A stretch of 64,000 bases of DNA from an uncultured Candidatus Rokubacteria bacterium (GCA_963708025.1 CAVPSB010000023.1:64001-128000), one strand, 5' to 3'. Counted from the first letter of the stretch, positions 28,616 through 39,973 are shown. Translations and numbers: made by a program. Notes: generated from the sequence alone by a model not told the origin.

Positions 28616-29347
28616 GTGGCGGAGCGGGGGGGGGGAAGGGACGGGACCGGACGCTCCACGCTCCGGGTCGCGATGGCGATCATGGCCAAGGTGCCGGCGC
28701 CGGGTCAGGTGAAGACCCGCCTCTGCCCGCCGCTCACGCCGCTCCAGGCCGCTGACCTCGCGCGCTGCTTCCTGCAGGACAAGGTCGAGCAGGTCTCCGG
28801 AATCGAATCGGCGGCGCCCCTCCTCGCCTTCACGCCGGCCGACCGGGGCGACGAGCTCGCGCGACTCCTACCCCGCCCGATGCGTCTGGTCGCGCAGACC
28901 GGTCGGGACCTCGGCGCGCGCCTGGATCGGGTGCTGACCGCCCTCCTCGCGGAGGGCCATCCCGGAGCCGTCGCCGTGGGCACCGACAGCCCGAGCCTGC
29001 CGACCGCCTACCTGCGGCAGGCCTGCGCCCACCTGCTCGACGGCAGGGCCGACGTGGTGATCGGCCCCTGCGAGGATGGCGGCTACTACCTGATCGGCCT
29101 GCGGGCTCCGGCGCCCGCGCTCTTCGAGACGATGCCGTGGAGCACGTCCGTCGTGCTCGAGGAGACGCTCGCCCGCGTCCGGCGGCTCGGCCTCCGCCTG
29201 GCGCTCCTGCCTGCCTGGTTCGACGTGGACCGGGCCGAGGACCTGGCGCGCCTGCGGGCCGGTGCCGCGCCGCCGGCGGGCGCCGGACCCGGGCCCGAGC
29301 CCTTCGCGCCCGCCCGCACCCTCGCGTTCCTTCGGGAACTTCCGTGA
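28616..29347 (+). CDS. CofC-like/DUF2064 transferase (TIGR04282-type)
   Basis: MAKVPAPGQVKTRL, QTGRDLGARL, GTDSP, GPCEDGGYYLIG, DVD..DL. Confidence 0.88.
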   Translation: MAERGGGRDGTGRSTLRVAMAIMAKVPAPGQVKTRLCPPLTPLQAADLARCFLQDKVEQVSGIESAAPLLAFTPADRGDELARLLPRPMRLVAQTGRDLGARLDRVLTALLAEGHPGAVAVGTDSPSLPTAYLRQACAHLLDGRADVVIGPCEDGGYYLIGLRAPAPALFETMPWSTSVVLEETLARVRRLGLRLALLPAWFDVDRAEDLARLRAGAAPPAGAGPGPEPFAPARTLAFLRELP

Positions 29348-29412
29348 GCGGGGAAGCGCTCCGCCGCGAAGACAGGCGGCCGAGGCGCCGTGCCGCCCCG
29401 TTGGAGGATGAA

Positions 29413-29519
29413 CTAGTGCCGTTCCAACTTGTTCTAGCCAGTGCTTTCGAGGAATGCGGTACGTCGGTGCTTCAAGAATCGCTTGTGCATTTTGGCTCAT
29501 CTAGTTGGAACGGCACTAG
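29413..29519. mobile_element. 107-bp MITE-like element (empty form), CTAG at both ends
   Basis: Terminal inverted repeat CTAGTGCCGTTCCAACT/AGTTGGAACGGCACTAG; inverted second copy at 51581-51880. Confidence 0.85.
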
Positions 29520-29809
29520 CCCGGGGGCGTTAGATCGACGGCCGCCGATGGCGGTGGCTCCGCTTCGATCCAGGACCACGGCACGGTGACGACGGTGCGG
29601 GGGGTGTCCAGCTCGATGCTGACGCGCCGCCCGGGCGCGTCCCAGCCGACGACGATCCCGGCGGCGCCGGCAGGGATCCAGACCCGGTGGGTGCTGGCGA
29701 GCGGGTTCCGCAGGCGGACCCGAGAGCCCGGCTCGACGAGGGCGGGGAGCGCCGGCGGTCGGCCGGCGAAGCGGCGGCGCAGGGCACCCAGCCAGTCCGT
29801 CAGGGGCAT
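29516..29809 (-). CDS. Small hypothetical protein (possibly SH3-like barrel)
   Basis: 97 aa, PGSRVRL..GAAGIVVGWD; TACAGT 6 nt before ATG; stop lies in the MITE CTAG. Confidence 0.55.
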   Translation of the reverse strand: MPLTDWLGALRRRFAGRPPALPALVEPGSRVRLRNPLASTHRVWIPAGAAGIVVGWDAPGRRVSIELDTPRTVVTVPWSWIEAEPPPSAAVDLTPPG

Positions 29810-30012
29810 GCGGCTACTGTAGGGAGGGCCGCGGCCTTTGGCAAGCGGCTCGCCTCCTCCGGCCCCGGGTTCCGCCGGAACAATTCGTCCCGCGCCGACG
29901 TTCACCCGGTAGACGCTCGAGGCTCTGGGAGCCGCTGATTCCGCGATGGTCGGGAGCGGCTGTGCTAGACTCGGGCCATGTTGGTCGACAGGGAATCGAA
30001 AGGAGGTGATCG

Positions 30013-30435
30013 ATGATGCGACACTCGTTGACATGGATCGTGATGGTGGCGTTCCTTCTTGGCCTGGCCGCTCCGGCGCTGGCTCAGTCGACGACGGTGC
30101 CCGCCGCTCCGGCTCCCGCGCCCGCCCCCGCGCCCGCTCAGAAGGCTCCGGCGAAGGCCGAGGTGAAGAAGGTGGAGAAGCCGAAGTCCGCGAGCGGGAC
30201 CGTGAAGACCGCGTCGGCGGACAGCCTCGTGCTCGTGGCCGGCAAGGACAAGAAGGAGTGGACGTTCGAGCTCGAAAAGGACACGAAGATCACGAAGGCC
30301 GGCAAGGCCGCGACGGCTGCGGATCTCGCCGCGGAAGACAGCGCGACGGTGACCTACACCGAGCATGACGGCAAGATGCACGCGAAGTCGGTTTCGGCGA
30401 AGCCGAAGATGGCCGCCGCCAAGCCGAAGTCGTAG
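30013..30435 (+). CDS. Secreted Lys/Ala-rich OB-fold-like protein
   Basis: AAGGAGGT SD, signal peptide, GTVKTAS..TKITK..ADL..ATVTY. Confidence 0.75.
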   Translation: MMRHSLTWIVMVAFLLGLAAPALAQSTTVPAAPAPAPAPAPAQKAPAKAEVKKVEKPKSASGTVKTASADSLVLVAGKDKKEWTFELEKDTKITKAGKAATAADLAAEDSATVTYTEHDGKMHAKSVSAKPKMAAAKPKS

Positions 30436-30611
30436 CGCTCGCCCCAGGCTGCCTCCGGGCCGCTCCGGCCCGGAGGCGGCGCGGCTCGTGATCCGGCGCC
30501 GGCGCCCGGCCGATCCGGGCCTCGGTTGCTGCCGGCGCCCGCGGTGTGCTAGAAGAGTCTGGGCCGGGTTCCAGGCCGTCCCCCCGATCCCCCGATTCCA
30601 GGAGGCGCCGC

Positions 30612-31643
30612 GTGCCGAATCTCCCCGCTCCCCAGCTCGAGAACCTCGCCACCCGCATCTTCACGGCGCTCGGCGCGCCCGATGCCGACGCCCGCTGGCT
30701 CGCGACGCTGCTCGTCCGGGCGAACCTGCGCGGGCACGACTCCCACGGCGTCATCCGCATCCCGCAATACGTGGGGGCGGTGCGGCAGAACCAGATCAAT
30801 CCCCGGCCCACGCTGGAGGTCCGCCAGGACACGCCGACGACCGCGGTGGTGGACGGCGACCTGGGCTTCGGCCAGGTCGTGGCCCGTCGGGCGACCGAGG
30901 TCGCCCTCGAGAAGGCGACTCGTCACGGGTTGGCCGCGGTCGGCGTGCGGCGCGCGTACCACGTCGGGCGCCTCGCCGACTACGTGGAGCTGGCCGCCGC
31001 GCGCGGCTTCGTGGGTCTGATGTGGGCCAACGCGGCCAGCGCCGCCTCGGTCGTGCCCCACGGCGGCGTCGACCGCCGGCTCTCCACGAACCCGCTGGCG
31101 GTGGCCGTCCCGGGTCCGAATGGCGGGATCGCGCTGTCGGTTGACATGGCGACGAGCGTCGTGGCCGAGGGCAAGGTGCGCGTGAAGCGCAACCGGAAGG
31201 AGCCGCTGCCGGCCGGCTGGGCCATCGACCCCGAGGGCCGTCCCGTCACCGACTCCACGGCCTTCTACGGTCCGCCGCGCGCGGGCCTGCTGCCGATGGC
31301 GGGGCACAAGGGGACGGCGCTCGCCTTGGTGGTGGAAGTCATGGGCGGCATCCTCTCCGGCGCCGGCGTCATCGGGGGGCCGCCGGCTCCCGGCATCAAC
31401 GGGTGCCTCGTCCTCCTCGTCGAGATCGAGCGGTTCCTCCCGCTCGCCGAGTTCACCCGCCAGGTGCAGGAGCTGGCCGGCTTCGTGACCTCCTCGAAGC
31501 CGGCGGCCGGGTCGAGCGGCGTCATGGTGCCGGGCGAGCCCGAAGCGCGAATGGAGCGGGAGCGCGGCGCCCACGGGATCCCGGTCGAGGACGAGACCTG
31601 GCGACAGATCGAGGTGATCGCCGCCGAGCTCGGGGTCGGGTGA
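30612..31643 (+). CDS. Ldh_2 family oxidoreductase
   Basis: GHDSHGV, HVGRL, STNPL, DMATS, GHKG, PGEPE. Confidence 0.92.
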   Translation: MPNLPAPQLENLATRIFTALGAPDADARWLATLLVRANLRGHDSHGVIRIPQYVGAVRQNQINPRPTLEVRQDTPTTAVVDGDLGFGQVVARRATEVALEKATRHGLAAVGVRRAYHVGRLADYVELAAARGFVGLMWANAASAASVVPHGGVDRRLSTNPLAVAVPGPNGGIALSVDMATSVVAEGKVRVKRNRKEPLPAGWAIDPEGRPVTDSTAFYGPPRAGLLPMAGHKGTALALVVEVMGGILSGAGVIGGPPAPGINGCLVLLVEIERFLPLAEFTRQVQELAGFVTSSKPAAGSSGVMVPGEPEARMERERGAHGIPVEDETWRQIEVIAAELGVG

Positions 31644-32329
31644 GCGGGGACCTCGTGGACCTCCACACCTTCTCGATCGCCGCGCGGGACGCCGCCACCG
31701 GCGACACCGGGGTGGCCGTCGCCACCGCCCGGCCGGCGGTCGGCGCGCTGGTGCCGTGGGTGTCGCGGCGGGGCGCGATCGCGACCCAGGCGCGCGTCAA
31801 CACGGACCTCGGCCGCCAGGGCCTGGCCCTCGTCGAGGCCGGGGTGCCGGTCGGGGTCGCGCTGGCCGGTCTGCTCGCGGGCGATGCCGAGCGGGAGATC
31901 CGCCAGGTGCACGGGGTGGATTCACAGGGAGCATTCGCCCACACCGGCGCCCGCTGCGTCGAGTGGTGCGGACACCGGATCGCCGGCGACGGCGTCACCG
32001 TGGCCGGCAACATGCTAACCGGGGAGGGCGTCGTCAAGGCGATGGTCGAGGCGTTCCTGGCGCACGAGGGGGTCGAGCTGTCGGCCCGGCTGCTCGCCGC
32101 TCTCGAGGCCGGCCAGGCCGCTGGCGGCGACAAGCGCGGCAAGCAGTCGGCCGCGATCCTGGTCGCGTCGGAGCGACCCCGCGGCTACCACAACCTCCGC
32201 GTTGACGATCACGCCGATCCGGTGGCCGAGCTGCGGCGTGTCTACGAAGTGGCGGTGGCGCACTGGCATCGGGTGGGAGAGGAGTACGGCCCGGAAGCCC
32301 AGCGGCTCTTCGGGCGGATCAAACTCTGA
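31640..32329 (+). CDS. DUF1028 (Ntn-hydrolase-like) protein
   Basis: HTFSIAARD, GAIATQA, AGNML, AGGDKRGKQSAA, LRVDDH. Confidence 0.92.
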   Translation: MSGDLVDLHTFSIAARDAATGDTGVAVATARPAVGALVPWVSRRGAIATQARVNTDLGRQGLALVEAGVPVGVALAGLLAGDAEREIRQVHGVDSQGAFAHTGARCVEWCGHRIAGDGVTVAGNMLTGEGVVKAMVEAFLAHEGVELSARLLAALEAGQAAGGDKRGKQSAAILVASERPRGYHNLRVDDHADPVAELRRVYEVAVAHWHRVGEEYGPEAQRLFGRIKL

Positions 32330-32352
32330 CGCTGAGGATGGAGGATGCGACC

Positions 32353-33907
32353 ATGAGCAGGATCACGATCGGAGGCGCGCTCGCCCTGGCGCTGGCGCTC
32401 GCGGTGCTCGCCGGCCCGGCGCCCGCCCAGACCCCCAAGAAGACGCTGGTCATCGCGCTGAACCAGGACCCGGACATCCTGGACCCGACGCTCTCCCGCA
32501 CGTACGTGGGCCGCATCATCTACGCCCACATGTGCGAGAAGCTCTACGAGATCGACGAGAAGCTCGACATCCATCCCCAGCTCGCCGCCGAGATGCCCCG
32601 CTTCACGGACGGCGGCAAGACCGTGACGATCAAGCTGCGCGCCGGGGTGAAGTTCAACGACGGCACCGCCATGACCGCGGAGGCCGTCAAGTTCTCACTG
32701 GACCGCCACCGCGAGATGAAGGGGAGCAACCGCCGGAGCGAGCTGGACCACGTCGACGCCGTCGAGGTCGTCGATCCGTCGACCGTGCGCCTGCGGCTGA
32801 AGACGGCGTTCTCCCCGATCGTGGCGATCCTCGCCGACCGCGCCGGCATGCCCGTCTCGCCGACCCAGGCCAGGAAGCTCGACGACAAGTTCGGCACCGC
32901 CCCGATCTGCGTGGGGCCGTGGACGTTCGTCGAGCGCGTGGCCCAGGACCGGATCGTGCTCGAGCGCTCGCCCCACTACTTCGATCCCAAGGCCGCCGCC
33001 TTCGACAAGCTGGTCTTCCGGATCATCACCGACGACAACGTGCGGCTCGCCAACCTACGCTCCGGCGACATCGACTTCATGCACAACGTGACGCCGACGC
33101 ACGCGGCGAGCCTGCGGAAGGAGGGCAAGTTCGAGGTCGCCAGCGTGACCGGGCTCGCGTACTCGGGGATCACGATCAACCTGCGGAACAAGACCGGCAA
33201 GGACCAGCCGCCGGGCGACCTCGGCACCCCGCTGGCGAACGATCCGCGCGTGCGGGAGGCGCTCGAGCTGTCGATCGACCGCGACGCGCTCAACCAGGTC
33301 GCCTGGGAAGGCCAGTTCACCCCGGGCTGCACACCCATCTCGCCGGTGAGTCCGTTCGCCGACAAGGCCCGGAAGTGCCCGGGGCGGGACGTCGTGAAGG
33401 CCAAGAAGCTGCTGGCCGACGCCGGCCTCGCTGGAGGCTACGGGTTCGAGCTGACGGTTCCAGAACCAGCCGCCGGAGCGGCGGGTCGCGGAGGTCATCC
33501 AGGGCATGGCCAAGGAGGCCGGCTTCAACATCAGCATCCGGCCGGCCGAGTTCGCCTCGGCCCTGAACGACGACGACAACGGGAAGCTCCAGGCCTTCCA
33601 GATCGGCTGGAGCGGCCGCGTCGATCCGGATGCCAACATCCACCAGTTCCACACCTGCAAGGGCAGCCTGAACACGACCCTGGCGTGTGACGAGACGATC
33701 GACACGTTCCTCAACAAGGCGCGCGAGGTGAGCGATCAGAAGGAGCGGGTCGCGCTCTACCGGCAGGCCATGGACAGGTTCCTGGCCCGCCGCAACCTCG
33801 TTTACCTCTACCACGCGAACTACATCGCGGCGTTTCCGAAGAACCTCAAGGGCTACAAGGCCGTCCCGGACGGCCTGGTCCGGATCAAGGGCGCCACCTG
33901 GAACTAG
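32353..33907 (+). CDS. Peptide/nickel ABC substrate-binding protein (family 5), +1 frameshift near 33460
   Basis: LDP..LAAE..VKFNDG..GPW..DPRVREAL; continues in frame 33506-33907; ACGGTTCCAGAAC has one extra base. Confidence 0.85.
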
Positions 33908-33909
33908 GC

Positions 33910-33960
33910 GCCCCTCCCTCACCCTGGCCCTCTCCCTCCCCCGCGGGAGGGAGAGGGGGC
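33910..33960. repeat. REP-like palindrome CCCTCACCCTGGCCCTCTCCC...GGGAGAGGG
   Basis: Inverted repeat immediately after the SBP stop codon. Confidence 0.7.
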
Positions 33961-33971
33961 GGTGAGCCCCC

Positions 33972-34934
33972 GTGATCGAGTTCCTGGTTCAGCGGTCGCT
34001 CATCTCGGTCGTCACGCTCTTCGTCATCACGCTGATCGTCTTCACCGGCGTCCGCCTGATTCCCGGGGACCCGGCCCGGGTGATGGGCGGCACCGACGCC
34101 GACCCGGCCGGCCTCGAGGAGATCCGGCAGAAGTACGGGCTGAAGGACCCGGTCCCCGTGCAGTACCTGCGCTGGATCGGGCTGGCGCTCCGGGGTGACC
34201 TGGGCGAGTCGATCCGCACCCGCGAATCGGTGGCGCACGTCGTCCGGCTGAAGCTCCCGATCACGCTGCAGCTGGCGGCCTACTCGCTGCTGATCGCCCT
34301 CGTCATCGCCATCCCGGCCGGCGTGCTGGCCGCCGTCCGGCGGAACTCGGCGTGGGACTACCTCCTGAGCGGGGTGTCGCTGTGCGGGGTCTCGGTCCCG
34401 AACTTCTGGCTGGGGATCATGCTCATCCTGCTGTTCGCCGTCCGCCTGGGCTGGCTGCCGGCTTCCGGCTACGTCTCCCCTACTCAGGACCCGCTCGGCA
34501 ACACGCTGCGCATGCTGATGCCCGCCTTCGTCCTCGGCAGCGCGCTGGCCGCGGCGCTCATGCGCCAGACCCGGAACAGCATGATCGAGGTGCTGAGCGC
34601 GGACTACATCCGGACCGCCTACAGCAAGGGGCTGGCGGGGTCGGTGGTCGTCTTCCGTCACGCGATCCGGAACGGGCTGATCCCGGTGATCACGATCCTC
34701 GGGCTCCAGCTGGGCGCGCTCATCAGCGGGGCGGTGGTCACCGAGCAGATCTTCGTGGTGCCCGGCTTCGGCCGGCTCATCGTCGAGGCCGTGTTCACAC
34801 GCGACTATCCCCTGGTACAGGGCGTGGTGCTGATCACCGCCAGCGCCTACGTGCTGATCAATCTGCTGGTCGACGTCTCCTACTCCCTGCTCAACCCACG
34901 GATCCGCGTCAGGGGGACGGCCGGTGGCGCCTGA
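33972..34934 (+). CDS. Dpp/Opp B-type ABC permease
   Basis: PGDPA, GDLGES, ADYIRTAYSKGL, RDYPLVQG. Confidence 0.95.
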   Translation: MIEFLVQRSLISVVTLFVITLIVFTGVRLIPGDPARVMGGTDADPAGLEEIRQKYGLKDPVPVQYLRWIGLALRGDLGESIRTRESVAHVVRLKLPITLQLAAYSLLIALVIAIPAGVLAAVRRNSAWDYLLSGVSLCGVSVPNFWLGIMLILLFAVRLGWLPASGYVSPTQDPLGNTLRMLMPAFVLGSALAAALMRQTRNSMIEVLSADYIRTAYSKGLAGSVVVFRHAIRNGLIPVITILGLQLGALISGAVVTEQIFVVPGFGRLIVEAVFTRDYPLVQGVVLITASAYVLINLLVDVSYSLLNPRIRVRGTAGGA

Positions 34935-35838
34935 CGGGCTGGGCGGCGGCCAGGCCCTCGGCGTTCCCGCCGAGCGGACCGCACCGGTCGCCACGAGTTC
35001 AGCTGGCCGGCTCCGGCGCGGCTGGCGGCGCCTCAGCCGGCGGCCCCCCGCGGTGGCCGGCGTGGCCGTCGTGCTGTTCTTCGTCGCCCTCGCGGTGGCC
35101 GCCCCCTGGCTCGCGCCCGCCGATCCGACGCGCACCGAGTGGAGCGCGATCCGGAAGGCCCCGAGCTGGGCCCACCCGTTCGGTACCGACGACCTCGGCC
35201 GGGACAACCTCTCGCGGGTGATCTGGGGCGCACGCATCTCGATGCGGGCCGGCGTCCTCTCGATCCTCCTCGCGATCGCGGTGGGCGTGCCGCTCGGCCT
35301 GGTCTCGGGCTACTACCGGGGCGCCGTCGATCTGGTGCTCATGCGCCTGACCGACGCCTGGCTGGCGTTTCCCTTCCTGATCCTGGCCATCGGGCTGGTG
35401 ACGATCCTGGGACCCTCGCTCACCAACGCCACGCTGGCCATCGGGCTGGCAGCCACCCCGACGTTCATCCGGCTGACCCGGGGGCTCGTGCTGTCGACGC
35501 GGGAGGAGGACTACGTCCAGGGGGCGCGGGCCCTCGGCGCCGGCGACGCCCGCCTGATGGCCCACCACCTCTTGCCCAACATCGTCAGCTCGATCCTGGT
35601 GCAGGCCACGGTCTCCATTCCCGCCGCCATCATCGGGGAGGCGATCCTGTCCTTCCTCGGGCTCGGCGTGCAGCCGCCCGAGCCGAGCTGGGGCACCATG
35701 CTGAACACCGCCCAGGCCTTCCTGGAGACGGCGCCCTGGATGGCCTGGTGGCCGGGGCTGGCGATCTTCGTCCTCACCCTGTCCTTCAATCTGGCGGGAG
35801 ACGGGCTTCGCGACGTCCTGGACCCTCGGGACTACTAG
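34924..35838 (+). CDS. Dpp/Opp C-type ABC permease
   Basis: HPFGTDDLGRD, DYVQGARALGA, PSWGTML, GDGLRDVLDPR. Confidence 0.95.
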   Translation: MAPDGLGGGQALGVPAERTAPVATSSAGRLRRGWRRLSRRPPAVAGVAVVLFFVALAVAAPWLAPADPTRTEWSAIRKAPSWAHPFGTDDLGRDNLSRVIWGARISMRAGVLSILLAIAVGVPLGLVSGYYRGAVDLVLMRLTDAWLAFPFLILAIGLVTILGPSLTNATLAIGLAATPTFIRLTRGLVLSTREEDYVQGARALGAGDARLMAHHLLPNIVSSILVQATVSIPAAIIGEAILSFLGLGVQPPEPSWGTMLNTAQAFLETAPWMAWWPGLAIFVLTLSFNLAGDGLRDVLDPRDY

Positions 35839-35839
35839 G

Positions 35840-36085
35840 GGGCGAGGCCGATGAGCTTCGCAACGTTCATCTCGGTCGAGACGCGCTCGGCCTACGTCGA
35901 TCGGACGGCCTTCGGCCTGGGGGCGTCCGTCCCGACCTAAAGGTCGTCCTCGGTCGTCGCCGATCCTCGGCGTACTCGGAGTACGCCTGCGGTCGGCGAC
36001 TCCCTGCGTCTTTCGGACGGCCTTCGGCCTGTGGGCGCTGCTCGCTCCTCGGCCCCGCCCGAGAACTTGACCCATCTTCCGTGAC
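35840..36085 (+). repeat. Structured intergenic repeat, long form
   Basis: GGGCGAGGCCGATGAGC...GCTCCTCGGCCCCGCCC outer stem plus GAGAACTTGACCCATCT tail; short form at 57392-57498. Confidence 0.75.
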
Positions 36086-36201
36086 TCTGGTGTTTCTAGC
36101 AGCCTTTAGGCAGAGAACGGCTCGAAGAGGGCCGGACGGCCCCGGGTCGGCCTTGCGGCACCCCGGCGCCCAGGGTGGCCGGCTGTGGTAGAGTGTCCGG
36201 C

Positions 36202-37138
36202 GTGCTGGGTCCGGCGAAGATCCGCATCGGTGTGATGCCCGGTCCCTGGCCGGAGGGACCGGCGGGGGGCGACCTGCTCTGGCGGCTCGCCTCGCTCTGC
36301 GAGGCGGGTCCGATCGACTCCCTCTGGCTCTCCGACCGCCTGCTCGGGCCGACCCTCGAGCCGCTCACCGCGATCGCCGCGGTGGCCGCCCGGACCCGGC
36401 GGCTCAAGTTCGGGACGTCCGTGCTCGTGTTGCCCGTTTCGGAGTCCGCTGCTCGCCGCCAAGACGCTGGCCACGCTCGACGTCCTCTCCCAGGGCCGGA
36501 TCTTCCCGGCGGTGGGGGTGGGCGTCGACCAGCGGCGCGAGTGGGAGGCGGCCGGCGTGCCGGCCGGCAGCCGGGGTGCCCGGACGGACGAGGCCATCGA
36601 GGTGATCCGACGACTCTGGGTCGAGGACGAGGTGAGCTACCGGGGCTCGTACTTCACGCTGGACCGGGTGCGGCTCGTCCCCCGGCCCGTGCAGACGCCG
36701 CCCCCGCTCTGGGTCGGCGGCACGACCGAGGCGGCCCTCCGCCGCGCCGGACGGCTCGGGGACGGCTGGCTCGCCTCCCTGATCGCGCCGGAGGCGTTCG
36801 GCCGCGGCGTCGAGCGCATCCAGGCCCACGCGGCCGCGGTCGGGCGCACGATCGACCCCGACCACTTCGGCACGATCGTCCCGTTCGTGCTCGCGGCCTC
36901 CCCGGCCGAGGGCTGGCGCGCGGCGGAGCCGTACCTGCCCCGTGACCGCGCCGACGAGGCCACCCTGCGGGCGGTGACCGCGGTGGGCCCGCCCGACGCG
37001 GTCGCGGAGGTCATCGAGGGCTACATCGCCCGGGGCGGCACCAAGTTCGTGCTCCGGCCGGCGGGCCCGTCCCCGACCATGCTCGACCAGCTCGACCGAC
37101 TGGCCGACGAAGTCATCCCGGCGTTCCATGCCCGATGA
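36202..37138 (+). CDS. LLM-class flavin-dependent oxidoreductase, +1 frameshift near 36435
   Basis: DSLWLSDRL, ARTRRLKFGTSV; after the shift AKTLATLDVLSQGR, PPLWVGG, RAGRLGDGW. Confidence 0.85.
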
Positions 37139-37315
37139 GCTGATCGTGGCGGAGCGACCCCCGGGGGGGGGTCCAGGGGGGGAGTCGTCGGGACTCGCCC
37201 TGCCGAACCGGTCATCCCGAGGCCGATCGCGGCCGAGCGACCCCCAGGTGGGGGTCAGGGGTGGTGGGGACTCCCCCCCGCGACCGGTCATCCCGGCGTC
37301 CCATGCCCGATGAGC
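37112..37315 (+). repeat. 29-bp direct repeat (1 mismatch) flanking a 146-bp G/C-tract insert
   Basis: GTCATCCCGGCGT(T/C)CCATGCCCGATGAGC at 37112-37140 and 37287-37315. Confidence 0.85.
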
Positions 37316-39973
37316 CTCGACCCTCGCCCGTTCGACTCGGCCGAGGGCAAGCGCCTGACCGAGACCGACGCCCGGCGCGCCCACTGGCGTCGCTGGGGAC
37401 CGTACCTGTCCGAGCGGCAGTGGGGGACGGTGCGCGAGGACTACAGCCGGGACGGCACCGCCTGGGACTCCTTCCCGCACGAGCATGCCCGGTCGAGGGT
37501 CTACCGGTGGGGCGAGGATGGGATCGCCGGGCTGTCGGACCGCCACGGGCTGGTCTGCCTGGCCGTCGCGCTCTGGAACGGTCGGGACCCGATGCTGAAG
37601 GAGCGGCTGTTCGGGCTGACGGGGAACGAAGGCAACCACGGCGAGGACGTCAAGGAGTACTACTTCTACCTCGACAACACGCCGTCTCACAGCTACATGC
37701 GGTACCTCTACAAGTACCCGCAGGCCGAGTTCCCGTACCAGCGGCTCGCGGAGGAGAACCGGCGGCGCGACCGCAGCCAGCTCGAGTACGAGCTGATCGA
37801 GACGGGCGTCTTCGACGAGGACCGGTACTTCGACGTGTTCGTCGAGTACGCCAAGGCCACCGCCGAGGACATCCTGGTCCGGATCACGGCGATCAACCGC
37901 GGCCCCGATACTGCGCCGCTCGACCTCCTGCCCACCCTGTGGTTCCGCAACACCTGGTCGTGGGGAATCGACGCCCGGCGACCGCGCGTCCGGGCGACGG
38001 AGCCGGTCGAGGGCGGGCAGGCGGTGGAGATCAACCACGGGGCCTACGGTCGCCGGTGGCTCCTCTTCGAGGGGCCGCCGGCGCTCCTCTTCACCGAGAA
38101 CGAGACGAACGCGGCGCGGCTCTGGGGCGGCGAGAACCGGACCCAGTACGTGAAGGACGGGATCAACGACTTCGTCGTCCACGGCAACCCGGACGCGGTC
38201 AACGCGACGCCGCAGGGCACGAAGATGGCCGCTCGCTACTCCGTCCGGCTCGGCGCCGGGGAACAGGCGACGGTGCGGCTGCGACTCACGGACCGGCCGG
38301 GTCCGGCGCCGTTCGGTCCCGCCTTCGACGAGGTCTTCGCGGCCCGCCGGCGCGAGGCCGACGAGTTCTACGCGACGGTCATCCCGGACGAGCTCTCCCC
38401 CGACGCCCGGGCCGTCGCCCGGCAGGCGTTCGCGGGCCTCCTGTGGTCCAAGCAGGTCTATCAGTTCGACGTGTCACGCTGGCTCCGCGGCGACCCGGTG
38501 GGACCGCCGCCGCCCCCGGAGCGCGAGCACGGGCGCAACCACCGCTGGGTGCACCTCTACAACGAAGACGTTCTCTCGATGCCGGACAAGTGGGAGTATC
38601 CGTGGTTCGCGGCCTGGGACCTCGCCTTCCACATGATCCCGTTCGCCCTGATCGACCCGAGCTTCGCGAAGGAGCAGCTCCTCCTGCTCCTCCGCGAGTG
38701 GTACATGCACCCGAACGGCCAGCTTCCCGCCTACGAGTGGGCCTTCAGCGACGTGAACCCGCCGGTCCACGCCTGGGCCGCCTGGCGGGTCTACAAGATC
38801 GAGGGGCGGGTCCGCGGCCGGCTCGATCGCCGCTTCCTGGAGCGGGTCTTCCACAAGCTGCTTCTCAACTTCACGTGGTGGGTCAATCGCAAGGACACCG
38901 AGGGCCGCAACGTCTTCCAGGGTGGCTTCCTCGGCCTGGACAACATCGGCGTCTTCGACCGGTCGGCGCCGCTGCCGACCGGCGGACACCTCGAGCAGGC
39001 CGACGGCACCGCCTGGATGGGCATGTACTGCCTCAACATGCTGCGGATCGCGCTGGAGCTGGCGCGCGAGAACCCCGCGTACGAGGACGTGGCCTCGAAG
39101 TTCTTCGAGCACTTCGTCAACATCGCGCGGGCGATGAACGACGTGGCCGGTGAGGGCATCGAGCTCTGGAACGAGCGCGACGGCTTCTACTACGACGTCC
39201 TGCGCACGCCCGACGGCGGCGCGCGCCCGCTGCGGCTGCGGTCGCTGGTGGGGCTGATCCCGCTCTTCGCGGTGGAGACGCTCGAGCCGGACGTGGTGGA
39301 CGCGCTGCCGGGCTTCAAGCGGCGCATGCAGTGGTTTCTCGAGAACCGCCCCGAGCTGGCCCATCACGTGGAGACCACCAGCTACGAGGAGACCGGCGTC
39401 CGGCGGCTCTTGACCCTGGCCAACCGGACCCGCCTCGGCCGGATCCTCCGGTACATGCTCGACGAGGGCGAGTTCCTCTCGCCGTTCGGGGTCCGGGCGC
39501 TCTCCCGATACCACCACGAGCACCCGTATATCCTGAGAATGGACAGCGCGGAGTACCGCGTGGCCTACGAGCCGGCCGAGTCGTCCACCGGGCTGTTCGG
39601 CGGGAACTCGAACTGGCGGGGCCCGATCTGGTTCCCGGTGAACTACCTGCTGATCGAGTCGCTCCAGAAGTACCACTACTTCTTCGGGGACGGGCTGAAG
39701 GTGGAGTGCCCGAGCGGCTCCGGGAAGCGGCTCACCCTGTGGGAGGTCGCCGCCGAGCTCTCCCGTCGGCTCACCCGCCCCTTCCTGCGGGGGTCCGACG
39801 GGCGGCGGCCGGTCTACGGCGGGACGGAGAAGTTCCAGACGGATCCCCACTGGCGGGACCACATCCTGTTCTACGAGTACTTCCAGGGCGACAACGGAGC
39901 CGGCGTCGGCGCCAGCCATCAGACGGGCTGGACCGCGCTGGTGGCGAAGCTCCTGCAGCAGTCCGGCGAGTAG
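37310..39973 (+). CDS. GH63/MGH1-like glucosidase
   Basis: [56 protein letters not shown]. Confidence 0.92.
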   Translation: MSLDPRPFDSAEGKRLTETDARRAHWRRWGPYLSERQWGTVREDYSRDGTAWDSFPHEHARSRVYRWGEDGIAGLSDRHGLVCLAVALWNGRDPMLKERLFGLTGNEGNHGEDVKEYYFYLDNTPSHSYMRYLYKYPQAEFPYQRLAEENRRRDRSQLEYELIETGVFDEDRYFDVFVEYAKATAEDILVRITAINRGPDTAPLDLLPTLWFRNTWSWGIDARRPRVRATEPVEGGQAVEINHGAYGRRWLLFEGPPALLFTENETNAARLWGGENRTQYVKDGINDFVVHGNPDAVNATPQGTKMAARYSVRLGAGEQATVRLRLTDRPGPAPFGPAFDEVFAARRREADEFYATVIPDELSPDARAVARQAFAGLLWSKQVYQFDVSRWLRGDPVGPPPPPEREHGRNHRWVHLYNEDVLSMPDKWEYPWFAAWDLAFHMIPFALIDPSFAKEQLLLLLREWYMHPNGQLPAYEWAFSDVNPPVHAWAAWRVYKIEGRVRGRLDRRFLERVFHKLLLNFTWWVNRKDTEGRNVFQGGFLGLDNIGVFDRSAPLPTGGHLEQADGTAWMGMYCLNMLRIALELARENPAYEDVASKFFEHFVNIARAMNDVAGEGIELWNERDGFYYDVLRTPDGGARPLRLRSLVGLIPLFAVETLEPDVVDALPGFKRRMQWFLENRPELAHHVETTSYEETGVRRLLTLANRTRLGRILRYMLDEGEFLSPFGVRALSRYHHEHPYILRMDSAEYRVAYEPAESSTGLFGGNSNWRGPIWFPVNYLLIESLQKYHYFFGDGLKVECPSGSGKRLTLWEVAAELSRRLTRPFLRGSDGRRPVYGGTEKFQTDPHWRDHILFYEYFQGDNGAGVGASHQTGWTALVAKLLQQSGE

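Noticed and set aside
28868-29500. Two ORFs starting MSQN(A/G)QAILEAPTYRIP (also 51793-52257) that look like paralogs
   Set aside because: The shared N-terminus is just translation of the 107-bp MITE; downstream parts are unrelated shadow frames
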